Shown here: in pieces, positions 1 to 7,944 of the stretch
How the letters are laid out: each line of letters begins with the position of its first letter
Position numbering within the stretch: position 1 is the first letter of the stretch
Origin: Aquificaceae bacterium
GTDB lineage: Bacteria > Aquificota > Aquificia > Aquificales > Aquificaceae
Assembly: GCA_039630345.1 (NCBI GenBank)
Contig: JBCNVD010000013.1
Location: 1 to 17,417 of the forward strand
Length of the DNA stretch: 17,417 bases
Direction: 5' to 3'
Notes under the pieces: generated by a model
Databases searched by the model: none
Told to the model about the DNA's origin: nothing
Seen by the model: only the letters and a program-made list of their open reading frames with translations
Made by a program: the position numbers and the translations under genes

Positions 1-590
1 AGTAAATCTCCCCTGCCAAAGGCTTTTTCGGCCTCTCGTGAGGCGCTTTCGAAGTTTTTCTTAAGCTCTTCTTCGTCTTTGCAGATTCTAATCCCGCGAC
101 CTCCACCGCCTGCGGAAGCTTTTAACAAAACCGGAAAGCCGATGAATCTTGCAATCTGCAGGGCCTCGACTTCGTCTTTTAATACCCCCTCGCTTCCGGG
201 CACTGTTGGAAGTCCTGCACGCTTTGCAACCTCTTTCGAGCGCGCTTTATCGCCCATAAGCTCAATTACCTTCCAGTGAGGACCTACAAAGACAATTCCC
301 CGCTCCTGGCAAAGCCTTGCGAAGTTTTCGTTTTCTGCAAGGAAGCCATAGCCGGGATGAATTGCGTCAACGCCTGCCTGAACTGCCAGGTCAACTATGC
401 GCTCTGCGTTCAGATATGTATCAAGGGGTGAGGTGCCTAGCATATAAGCTTCGTCGGCCATTTTCACATGCCTTGCGGTTGGCTCGCTCTCGTGGTAGAT
501 TGCGACCGTTGATATACCAAGCTCTTTACAGGCTCTTATGACCCTGCAGGCAATTTCACCCCTGTTTGCAACCAGGAGCTTTTTAAACAT
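1..590 (-). CDS. Biotin carboxylase subunit, 2-oxoglutarate/pyruvate carboxylase type (CfiB/PycA-like); 5' part only, continues beyond the window start
   Basis: Not in the ORF track; translated by hand from ATG at 590: MFKKLLVANRGEIACRVIRACKELG...ARHVKMADEAY...AIHPGYGFLAEN...GPHWKVIELMGDKARSK...LLKASAGGGGRGIR. These are canonical biotin carboxylase motifs. GPHWKVIELMGDK matches my recollection of Aquificae CfiB/PycA rather than AccC. AAGGAG lies upstream. Confidence 0.93.
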   Translation of the reverse strand, partial: MFKKLLVANRGEIACRVIRACKELGISTVAIYHESEPTARHVKMADEAYMLGTSPLDTYLNAERIVDLAVQAGVDAIHPGYGFLAENENFARLCQERGIVFVGPHWKVIELMGDKARSKEVAKRAGLPTVPGSEGVLKDEVEALQIARFIGFPVLLKASAGGGGRGIRICKDEEELKKNFESASREAEKAFGRGDL

Positions 591-596
591 GACCTT

Positions 597-1016
597 TTAC
601 TCCTTTAGCTCTATGGAATATTCAATCGGGGCAATCTGGTTAATCATATATGCAATTGAGCATGTGCCGGGGTCAAAAATGGTCTTTTTCATGGCGTTTT
701 CAACATCCTGAACTGATACATTTCCTGAGAGTCTGACTTTCAGGAATATTTTTTTAAAAACCTTTGGATAAGAGTCAGTTACCCTATCTGCATCTGTTTC
801 AATCTCTATGTGATTTGGGGACTTTCCTTCTTTTTTAAGAGCTTCATAAAGATGTATGCCAACGCAACCTGCAAGGGAATGAAACAAAAGCTCAGGAGGG
901 CGAAAACCCCTGTTTTTTCCGCCGACATAATTGGCGGCGTCTATCAGGAGTTCCTTGCCAAAGTCCCCAACGCCGACAAAATGAAAGTCTTCTACCTGCT
1001 TGACATAAACTTTCAT
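597..1016 (-). CDS. OsmC/YhfA-family protein
   Basis: 139 aa; D-x5-GG-x3-G-x-RP-x-ELL-x3-LAGC motif, second Cys in CSI near the C-terminus, P-KVFKKI strand. Confidence 0.88.
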   Translation of the reverse strand: MKVYVKQVEDFHFVGVGDFGKELLIDAANYVGGKNRGFRPPELLFHSLAGCVGIHLYEALKKEGKSPNHIEIETDADRVTDSYPKVFKKIFLKVRLSGNVSVQDVENAMKKTIFDPGTCSIAYMINQIAPIEYSIELKE

Positions 1017-1028
1017 TAAAAAATTATA

Positions 1029-1679
1029 TCAATGAAAGCCGTAAAGTTGACGCTTTATCAGCAAAAATTCCGACGGGGTTAAAACCTCACCTGAAGGTAG
1101 AGATAAAATTCTATTTGCCAGAGAAAGAACAAGCTCAATATCGTGCGATACCAAAATCAAGGTTTTGTCAATTTCTCTTAAAAGCTCAATGATATGCTCT
1201 CTTGCATGCGGGTCGAGTCCATTTGTTGGCTCATCCAGAATAAGCAAAGAAGGTCTTGTGCTTAGAGCCATGGCTATTAACACCCTCTGGCGCTCGCCAC
1301 CTGAGAGGTTTCTAAAGGGCTTTTTGAGAATGCTCTCAAGATGCAAAAACTCCACCTGCTCTTTAAAGTATTTACCAGAGGCTTTCAAAAGCTCATAAAC
1401 GCTTGCGCAAAGAAGGTTTTCAACGGCTATCATTTGAGGAACATAACCAACAAGATGCCAGTCTTTGAAATGTTGAATGTTTTTGTTAAAGATTTTTATT
1501 TCTCCCCTTTGGGGCTTTAGATTGCCTGTCAGGATTTTTAAAAGCGTCGTTTTACCAGAGCCATTTGGCCCAAGAACGCAAAAGCGCTCAGATTGTTTTA
1601 CATCAAAGCTCAGGTCTTTAAAAATCTGTCCTGAGCCATAGGAAAAGCTTACAGATTTTACCTCTAAAACTATTGACAT
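1029..1679 (-). CDS. znuC: Metal (Zn/Mn) ABC transporter ATP-binding protein, ZnuC-like
   Basis: Walker A GPNGSGKT, Q-loop VGYVPQ, signature LSGGERQRV, Walker B LLILDEP, H-loop SHD; overlaps the binding-protein gene by 10 nt. Confidence 0.88.
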   Translation of the reverse strand: MSIVLEVKSVSFSYGSGQIFKDLSFDVKQSERFCVLGPNGSGKTTLLKILTGNLKPQRGEIKIFNKNIQHFKDWHLVGYVPQMIAVENLLCASVYELLKASGKYFKEQVEFLHLESILKKPFRNLSGGERQRVLIAMALSTRPSLLILDEPTNGLDPHAREHIIELLREIDKTLILVSHDIELVLSLANRILSLPSGEVLTPSEFLLIKRQLYGFH

Positions 1680-2452
1680 TCAAGGCCGGAAGATAGAGCC
1701 CTTAGATTTGACATAAAGATAGATTTAAGGTCATCACCCGATAGACTGATGTTTATCTCAACAGGGCGCAAATGTGGTGCGAGCCTTTTTGCCAAAGTTC
1801 TTTCGCCAGGCTCGTGAAAAAGAGAAGAAGCCCCGAGGGATTTTGCTTCTTTAAGGATTCTTGCCTGCGATGGTGTTGGCTCAGCTTCTGCATGCACGCC
1901 TGCAAGTGCCAGTGTTTTAAAGCCGTAGTCTCTTGCGACATAGGCAAAGCTCATATGGGTGGATAGAATTACCCTGCTTTTGCAATTTTTGAGCGTTTTT
2001 GAATATTCCGCATCAATAGAGCGAAGGGTTATTAGAACTTCTTCGAGTTTTTTATCGTATTGCTGACGATTGGCGCTATCTATCTCTATGAGTTTTAAGT
2101 AAATGGCTTTTGCAAGCTCCTGATAAGAGCGAGGAGATAGCCATATATGAGGGTCTTTGCCGTCAATTAGCTGAAGGTTTTTTGACAGATCTATGGATTT
2201 ATCCGGGAAAGTCTTTGCAAGCTTTTCTTCAAAAACTTCGCTAGAGAGGTGAAAAAACTTTGAGCTACTTCCAACGAGTCTAATGTCAGAGGGCTTTAGC
2301 TCATAATGATGAGGGTCTTTAACACCCCCTGCAAGCAAACTTACCTCAACCCCCTGCGGGGCAAGAGCTTTAAGAATGTGATAGATAGGATAAGTGCTTG
2401 CGACCCACTTGGCGTAAGAAAACAAAGGCAATAGCAAAATCAGCAGCTTCAT
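1670..2452 (-). CDS. znuA: Cluster A-I metal ABC transporter substrate-binding protein, ZnuA/TroA-like
   Basis: Short signal peptide; DPHHYE-x-KPSD, DPHIWLSP, TH-x-SF-x-Y-x-ARDYG and EPT motifs typical of Zn/Mn binding proteins. Confidence 0.9.
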   Translation of the reverse strand: MKLLILLLPLFSYAKWVASTYPIYHILKALAPQGVEVSLLAGGVKDPHHYELKPSDIRLVGSSSKFFHLSSEVFEEKLAKTFPDKSIDLSKNLQLIDGKDPHIWLSPRSYQELAKAIYLKLIEIDSANRQQYDKKLEEVLITLRSIDAEYSKTLKNCKSRVILSTHMSFAYVARDYGFKTLALAGVHAEAEPTPSQARILKEAKSLGASSLFHEPGERTLAKRLAPHLRPVEINISLSGDDLKSIFMSNLRALSSGLECQ

Positions 2453-2460
2453 CGCTCTTT

Positions 2461-2485
2461 GCGCGCGAAAGCGCGCGCTTTTTTT
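2461..2485 (+). terminator. GC-only hairpin followed by a T tract; intrinsic terminator geometry on the + strand, antisense to the flanking genes
   Basis: GCGCGCG-AAAG-CGCGCGC (2461-2478) followed by TTTTTTT (2479-2485), between phoD and znuA. Confidence 0.6.
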
Positions 2486-4043
2486 ATTTTATACCTTTAT
2501 TTGGTTCATAAAAGAGGGTTTTTGTCAAGATTCTGGAAGAGTGAGGTTTGTATTTGTTGACAAGATAGAACTGGACCTTTGCGTGGCTTTTGGTTAGTGT
2601 AAGGAGCCCATAGCCCCAGCCTGTGTGGTTGACGTATCTATACCATGGGTTTGAGCTAAGCTCAAAGCGCTCATAGTCGAGGGCGTCTTTTAGATTGGGA
2701 AAAGAGCGCTTAAACCAGAGCCCTTCGGAGGCATTGATTGATGAGATTGCGCCTGTTACGAACTCTGCGCCAAGTGGCGTTTCGTCTTTTCCGAACTTTT
2801 TCTGGACCTCGCTTGCAACAAAGGCGTGCCTGTCACCTGTCAGGATGATGAGGTTTGAGATATTGTTTGAGGCCAGGGCGTTTAGAATTTCATCGCGTTC
2901 TTTTAAGTATCCGCTCCAGGCATCGGTGCTTGCATAAAGACCGTCCATTATGCTCTCTGAAAACTGGACGCTATTTGCCCAGACTTTCCATGTGGCATCT
3001 TTTGAGGTTAGTTTTTTAAGAAACCATTCTTTCTGGGTTTGACCAAGTAGGGTGTGGTATTGCTGACTTTCACAGCCGGGGGATTGGAATCTTATCTGGC
3101 ACTGGGATTGCCTGTAGGTTCTGTTGTCTGTCACTATAAGGTGCATGAAATTCCCTGCGCGAAAGTCTCTATAGAGCAAAAGCCAGTCAAGAGGGTTTGG
3201 AGAGTTTATGCTGAACTTTATTCTGGATGGGATATAGTCTTTAAAGCACTTAAAAGCGTATTGCCAGAGTGCCAGAGCGAGCTCCTTGTCTGAAGAGACC
3301 TCTGGCGGAAAGCTTGGAGATACCCAAAAGCCTCTTGAGTAGTCAAAGTAATAGTCGTTGTAAAACTCATGATCGTCAATGGTGTGGATAAAGGCATGAG
3401 AGGCGCGGGCAAGTTGAAAATTCGGGTCTGAGAGGTAAGTGAGGTAAAGATGGCGATAGTCTTCAAAACTTATGGCAGAGCGAGAGCCAGAAGGAAGGGT
3501 TATGGTGCGCTCTTTTACTTTAGGTTTATATAAAGCCTCGTATATCACATCGCCAAGATGCAAGACAAAGTCAAGCTCTTCCATTGCAATGTGGTAATAA
3601 GCAGGGTAATAACCATCTTCGAAGTTTTGACAGCTGACAAAGGCGATTTTCATAGAGGATGGGTTTTCTGGAAGAGTTTTGAATTTTCCGATTCTTTTAT
3701 AAGAGTCGTATTCAAAAATGTAAATATACTGGGTGCCGGGTTTTAGGTTCTTGACCTCTAATTTGACGCAGTAGTCGTTAGTGGGGGTTATAGAGCTTGC
3801 CGGGATTGTATACTCTTTTAGGTTTTTAAAGCCTTGCTCTAAAAGGTAGAGTTTAAGGGGCTTTTGGAATGATTGATGAACCTGTGGTCTTATTCTGGTC
3901 CATAGGATGATGCTGCTAGTGGTAGGGTCTGCACTTGCGACCCCTTCGGGAAAGACCTCACCAGAGTGAATGCCTATGTATTTAAAATCACCTATTAGCT
4001 CTGAAGAGCCTACAAGGGCAAGGAGTTCTCTTCTTGATAGCAC
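2484..4043 (-). CDS. phoD: Alkaline phosphatase D family phosphatase/phosphodiesterase
   Basis: F-x2-GVASADP-x4-IILWTR N-domain; FVSCQ, HLGDVIYE, DDHE-x2-ND, D-x-R-x-YR, LLG-x2-Q-x2-W, DAW-x-GY-x2-ER and TGD-x-H motifs; N-terminal SRRELL; GTG start preceded by GGAGG. Confidence 0.95.
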   Translation of the reverse strand: MLSRRELLALVGSSELIGDFKYIGIHSGEVFPEGVASADPTTSSIILWTRIRPQVHQSFQKPLKLYLLEQGFKNLKEYTIPASSITPTNDYCVKLEVKNLKPGTQYIYIFEYDSYKRIGKFKTLPENPSSMKIAFVSCQNFEDGYYPAYYHIAMEELDFVLHLGDVIYEALYKPKVKERTITLPSGSRSAISFEDYRHLYLTYLSDPNFQLARASHAFIHTIDDHEFYNDYYFDYSRGFWVSPSFPPEVSSDKELALALWQYAFKCFKDYIPSRIKFSINSPNPLDWLLLYRDFRAGNFMHLIVTDNRTYRQSQCQIRFQSPGCESQQYHTLLGQTQKEWFLKKLTSKDATWKVWANSVQFSESIMDGLYASTDAWSGYLKERDEILNALASNNISNLIILTGDRHAFVASEVQKKFGKDETPLGAEFVTGAISSINASEGLWFKRSFPNLKDALDYERFELSSNPWYRYVNHTGWGYGLLTLTKSHAKVQFYLVNKYKPHSSRILTKTLFYEPNKGIK

Positions 4044-4044
4044 C

Positions 4045-4800
4045 TTAGTCCTCCAAAGAGTAGGTTATTGCCACGCTCACGGTTATTGGTTGACCGCCGG
4101 GCGGTGGGTCAAACTTGCCAATTGAGCGAACGAGCCTTTGGGCTTCAGAGTCGAGAATCTTGCTTGCGCTTGAGCCAGAGACTGAAACTGAAGATATCCT
4201 GCCATCTGATTCAATCCTTACAGTAAGAACGACCCTGCCGGTTATGCCATGTCTCCTTGCGGGTTCTGGGTATTGCTTTCTTGCGTCAATTGCTGCTTGC
4301 AATTTTGCAAGGTAGCGTGCAATGAGGTCTTCCGGGGGTTTTTGAGCTGGTGGCGGAGGGGGCGGCGCAGGTGGCAAAGAAGGCTGTGCTGATAATTCTT
4401 TTGATGTTTCGGCGGAGGGTCTTACAGGTATATCAGCTTGCTGAGAGATGCCTTTTTGCGCCTCTGGTGGTGATGGGGGGATTTCTCTTTCCTGTTCTAT
4501 AGGCTTTTCTGAAGGTTTTGGACTTATGGCCTCAGTAAGGCGCTGGGGGGCTTTAAAGGCAGGCCTTTCCTGACGCGGCTGGGGCCTTTTGGGGGGCTCT
4601 TTCTCTTTAACAGGCTCTTCTTTGGGCGGTGGTGGGGGCAAAGGCTCAGGTAAGAGCTCTATTGGCACTGTTTTGGTCTCTTCTCTTGGTGGCAAACTAA
4701 AATCAACAAAAATGACAGGAAAAACTAAAGCCAAAGATAAAGCAAGAGAAAGAAGCGCCGCGGTTAACCTCTCATTCGCGCTTGCTGGCGACTGATACAT
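4045..4800 (-). CDS. tonB: Energy transducer TonB
   Basis: N-terminal TM helix, Pro/Glu/Lys-rich linker, C-terminal YPEPARRHGITGRV...SS-x3-ILD-x-EA domain; directly after exbB-exbD. Confidence 0.93.
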   Translation of the reverse strand: MYQSPASANERLTAALLSLALSLALVFPVIFVDFSLPPREETKTVPIELLPEPLPPPPPKEEPVKEKEPPKRPQPRQERPAFKAPQRLTEAISPKPSEKPIEQEREIPPSPPEAQKGISQQADIPVRPSAETSKELSAQPSLPPAPPPPPPAQKPPEDLIARYLAKLQAAIDARKQYPEPARRHGITGRVVLTVRIESDGRISSVSVSGSSASKILDSEAQRLVRSIGKFDPPPGGQPITVSVAITYSLED

Positions 4801-5200
4801 TTTTTATACCTTCGAGCCTGAGAATATCAAGGACGCTAAGTAAAGCCTGGACGCTAGCTTCTTTATCTGCCAGTATCAAAACAGAGTTAATATCGGTGCG
4901 ATTTTGTCTTATGAAAGCAATTATTGACTCCTGAGTGGCTGGACCTTTGTCCGTGCTTAACTTACCATCCTTGGCAACATATATTTTAAAAGGCTCCTTT
5001 TGCTGACTTTGTTGAGCGCTTTTTGTAGATGGTAAGACTATCGATTGCTCAAACATCGGTATGACATTCAATGTATATAAGACAAAAAAGACAAGCAAAA
5101 ACATCATTACATCTATTGTGGGAATTATCTGGATTTCTTCTTTTTGAGATTCAGAATCTTCCATCATAAATAGCAAAAACTTTAGCGTCTTTTTATCCAA
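4772..5200 (-). CDS. exbD: Biopolymer transport protein ExbD (start may be the internal ATGATG about 33 nt downstream)
   Basis: IQIIPTIDVMMFLLVFF TM helix with the essential Asp; V-x-I-x-ADK...VLD-x-LR-x2-GI periplasmic domain. Confidence 0.93.
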   Translation of the reverse strand: MDKKTLKFLLFMMEDSESQKEEIQIIPTIDVMMFLLVFFVLYTLNVIPMFEQSIVLPSTKSAQQSQQKEPFKIYVAKDGKLSTDKGPATQESIIAFIRQNRTDINSVLILADKEASVQALLSVLDILRLEGIKNVSVASKRE

Positions 5201-5202
5201 TT

Positions 5203-5631
5203 TTATAGCTCCTTGAGAATTTGATGTCTGAGACTCTCTTTGTAAGAGTTTAGTCTGTCATTAAAGAGTTTGTAGAAAAAGTAATTCCAGAGAGATAGCA
5301 ATATGCCAATGGCGGTTGCTACGAGCGCAAAGCCTATGGCTGAGCTTATCTCACTTGCGCCGGAGAGACCTTTGGCAGATAGCTTTTGAAACGCCTCTAT
5401 GAGGGCAATTATGGTTCCAAGAAGTCCTATCAAAGGGGCAGTGGTTGCACTAAAGTCAAGCCACCAGAGCCCACCGCGGAAGTAGCTTACCCAGCTAAAA
5501 CCTCTTTCAAAATCAGGTAAGCCGGGCTTTTTTCTTAGCTGCAGAAACTTAAGAGCAATTACATAGTTTGAAGCAAGAAACATAAGAGCCATCGCGTAAA
5601 AAACCACATCGTGCAGAAGATCTAAACTCAT
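5203..5631 (-). CDS. exbB: MotA/TolQ/ExbB proton channel protein (short form)
   Basis: TAPLIGLLGTI and I-x2-ALVATAIG TM motifs; start overlaps the receptor stop (TAATG at 5633-5629). Confidence 0.92.
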   Translation of the reverse strand: MSLDLLHDVVFYAMALMFLASNYVIALKFLQLRKKPGLPDFERGFSWVSYFRGGLWWLDFSATTAPLIGLLGTIIALIEAFQKLSAKGLSGASEISSAIGFALVATAIGILLSLWNYFFYKLFNDRLNSYKESLRHQILKEL

Positions 5632-7874
5632 TAGAACCTCCCGCGCAATCCTACCGCAAGGCTAAGTGGAGCACCCGGGAAGTAAACCCCGCTCCTTGTG
5701 CCTGCGGAAATCCTGCCAACATACTTTTTATCAAAGAGGTTCTTTACATCAAAAAAGGCGTTAAAACTGCGCTTATAAAACTCTCTTTCTATGCGCATAT
5801 CTAAAATAGTATAGGATGGAACTTTCTCGGTGTTTGTAAAGTTTCCGTAGCGACTGGAAACATACTGAAGTGCAGGCTTTATATCAAAATCATAGAGTCT
5901 TAAGTGAGCTCCTAGCTTAAACATAAGCTCCGGGGTATCCGGGAGCGTTTTGTCTTTAATTGAGATGCGGGTTGTTCCGTCAAAGAAATTTTCGTCTTTG
6001 AACTTGGCTTTGTTGTATGAAATAGAGCCATATATCGAGAGGTTTTCAAAAGGTTTTGACCCAAGCTCAAGCTCTGCACCGCTTGCGGAGACCTTGCCTG
6101 CATTTCTTTGATAGATTAAAGTAGGGTCGCTTGGGTCAGCTGTTGATATGATGCGGTTTTTATAATCCACAAGATAGATAGAGGGGCTTATGTAGTATTT
6201 GTCAAGGTCTAGCCTTAGACCCAGGTCAAAGCTATCGGATTCTTCAGGCTTTAGCTGGTCTGCAACAAACTGGGCGTTAAGTGTTGCGGGTATGGTGCCA
6301 AGAAAGTTTACAGGAATCCTGAAGTTTTTGGCATAGGCAAAGTATATCTGGGTTTTTTTATTTAGCTCGTAGCTAATTCCAAAGTTTGGGAGAAGTTTTG
6401 TATAGGTCTTTTTATATGAGAGTCTTGGGTCGAGTGTAAGTGGCTGGTCATATATTGAATCTTCCGGAAGGTAAGGTAGGTTGGAAGTAAGATAGTTTTT
6501 AAAATCCCGCTTTACATTTGCGTATCTTAGACCAAGATTGATATCAAAACCAAAAATATCTTCAAGTTCTGCAAAAATATATGGCGTATTGGTTGTTGTG
6601 AAAGTTCTCTGAATGTAGTTGTATTGAAAAGCTGGGGTGCCAGATGTAGGAGCAAGTACTTCAAAAGAGCCGTCTGGGAGCACCCTGACAGGTCTTTGGG
6701 GTTGCCACTGCTTTAGATCTGACCTTTCATACCAGTAGCCCAGATAAACCTTGCCAGATGGGATATCGTAGCTGAGCTCTGCGACCACCCCTGGGCGGTC
6801 AGTGTAGTTAAAGGACTCTCTGAAGAATATGAAAGACCTTCCGCCAGAGGTTGTCGTTACTGCGGAAGTGCCACTGCCCCTACCTACCCAGGCATAGGGC
6901 CTTATGTTAAGGGAGATGTTTTTGGTGATATCTATATCTATGTTTAACCTGTATTCTTGATTGTCGTATGGATTTTGGAAAAACTTATAGTAAAGAGCGT
7001 TGTTTTGAAATGCTGGTTCGTTTGGAGCATAAGAAAGACCATCTCCGACTCTTATGAGACTGGGCGTGTAATCAAGTTTTCTGTTTGCGGAGAGGTTGCT
7101 AATCTGGGCAAAATTTAGACCTCTGTAGAAGTAGTTAAGCTGGGCGTTGTTGTCAAAGTAAAACTCGTATCTGACCCTTTTAAAGTTCTGGGAAAGACCT
7201 ATAGCAGTATGGTCTCTATATGCTGGATGCATACCAGGACCACGCCATTTATCTGCCTGAGTTGAAGAAAAAGACAAAAACGCCTTTAGATTAAGGTCCT
7301 TAATAAGACCTGAATCCGCTCTTAAGAAGAGCCTCCTGAATGCGTTTGAGCCATAAGAGGCGCTAAACTCAAAACCCCTCTTATCCCTTGGGGGTCTTGT
7401 TCTTATATTAACAGAACCGCCCAGATCAACATAAAAAGGAGAACGCTTGTCAACAGCCCCCCGCTGTATGGTTATTATCTCGACATTTTCTATGTCTATA
7501 TATTCATGAGGGTACAGGGCAAAGTTTCCGGAGTCACTAAGTGGCATGCCGTCGATGGATATAGCTATTTGCCTATCGTCAAAACCCCTTAGCCTTATGG
7601 ATCCACCCCCAAGACCATAAGGGTCGTCTGTCTGAATGTTTAAAGAAGGGGTAAGCTCCACGGCTTTGAAGACATTGGTAGATCCTGCGCCTGCGCGCGT
7701 TTTGAGCTCTAGCTCTTTTACAGTTGTTTCAGTTTGCGCTTTTTTCTTCTTCATAATTGGGATTTCAGGTCTATTTGACTCTAGCAGTGTGTCTCTTACT
7801 CTTATGTCAATGACTCTCTCCTGAGCATATGCAAAGCCAAATATAGAAAACGCCAGCAAAAGAGACCTTCTCAT
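5631..7874 (-). CDS. TonB-dependent outer-membrane receptor
   Basis: Signal peptide ending AYA, TonB-box-like IDIRV, plug motifs IRLRGF...IDGMPL...IENVEIITIQRG...GGSVNI, LKPEESDSFDLG, NLFDKKY and C-terminal Phe; GGAGG upstream. Confidence 0.95.
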   Translation of the reverse strand: MRRSLLLAFSIFGFAYAQERVIDIRVRDTLLESNRPEIPIMKKKKAQTETTVKELELKTRAGAGSTNVFKAVELTPSLNIQTDDPYGLGGGSIRLRGFDDRQIAISIDGMPLSDSGNFALYPHEYIDIENVEIITIQRGAVDKRSPFYVDLGGSVNIRTRPPRDKRGFEFSASYGSNAFRRLFLRADSGLIKDLNLKAFLSFSSTQADKWRGPGMHPAYRDHTAIGLSQNFKRVRYEFYFDNNAQLNYFYRGLNFAQISNLSANRKLDYTPSLIRVGDGLSYAPNEPAFQNNALYYKFFQNPYDNQEYRLNIDIDITKNISLNIRPYAWVGRGSGTSAVTTTSGGRSFIFFRESFNYTDRPGVVAELSYDIPSGKVYLGYWYERSDLKQWQPQRPVRVLPDGSFEVLAPTSGTPAFQYNYIQRTFTTTNTPYIFAELEDIFGFDINLGLRYANVKRDFKNYLTSNLPYLPEDSIYDQPLTLDPRLSYKKTYTKLLPNFGISYELNKKTQIYFAYAKNFRIPVNFLGTIPATLNAQFVADQLKPEESDSFDLGLRLDLDKYYISPSIYLVDYKNRIISTADPSDPTLIYQRNAGKVSASGAELELGSKPFENLSIYGSISYNKAKFKDENFFDGTTRISIKDKTLPDTPELMFKLGAHLRLYDFDIKPALQYVSSRYGNFTNTEKVPSYTILDMRIEREFYKRSFNAFFDVKNLFDKKYVGRISAGTRSGVYFPGAPLSLAVGLRGRF

Positions 7875-7944
7875 CGGGCTTTACCTCCGTCTTTTTGGAA
7901 TTTTAAGATGTTTGTATTTAGATATTGTTTATACTCTTAAACCT
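7875..7944. promoter_or_regulatory. Divergent promoter region between the TBDR operon and the ARH-hfq unit
   Basis: AT-rich gap; candidate -10 TAAAAT on the - strand (7905-7900) ahead of GGAGG, and TATACT on the + strand (7930-7935); no clear -35 for either. Confidence 0.45.

Noticed and set aside
4330..4650. G-rich, repeat-like tracts such as GGCGGAGGGGGCGGCG and GGGCGGTGGTGGGGG
   Set aside because: Explained by proline codons of the TonB linker on the - strand.
5203..5631. ExbB only 142 aa, possibly truncated
   Set aside because: Short ExbB forms lacking the large cytoplasmic loop are known; all three TM segments and tight coupling to both neighbours are present.
79..7824. Short ORFs in the track (79-279, 317-541, 810-1019, 1165-1398, 1753-1947, 1772-1966, 2695-2937, 3054-3293, 3218-3466, 3558-3746, 4115-4315, 4589-4795, 5912-6103, 7636-7824)
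   Set aside because: All lie antisense to or out of frame within well-supported genes and show no recognisable motifs; treated as shadow ORFs.
7900..7940. Possible Pho, Fur or Zur operator upstream of the TBDR (TAAACA-N5-TAAATA on the - strand; GATATTGTTTATACT; TTAAGA...TCTTAA inverted hexamers)
   Set aside because: Matches are weak (about 11 of 19 to the E. coli Fur box) in AT-rich DNA, so no regulator can be assigned without comparative footprinting.
7912..7944. ORF-track start TTG 7912 for the ARH gene, and TTG 8897 for hfq
   Set aside because: The ARH extension runs through the likely promoter. hfq has a clear SD before ATG 8912 that matches the expected N-terminus.
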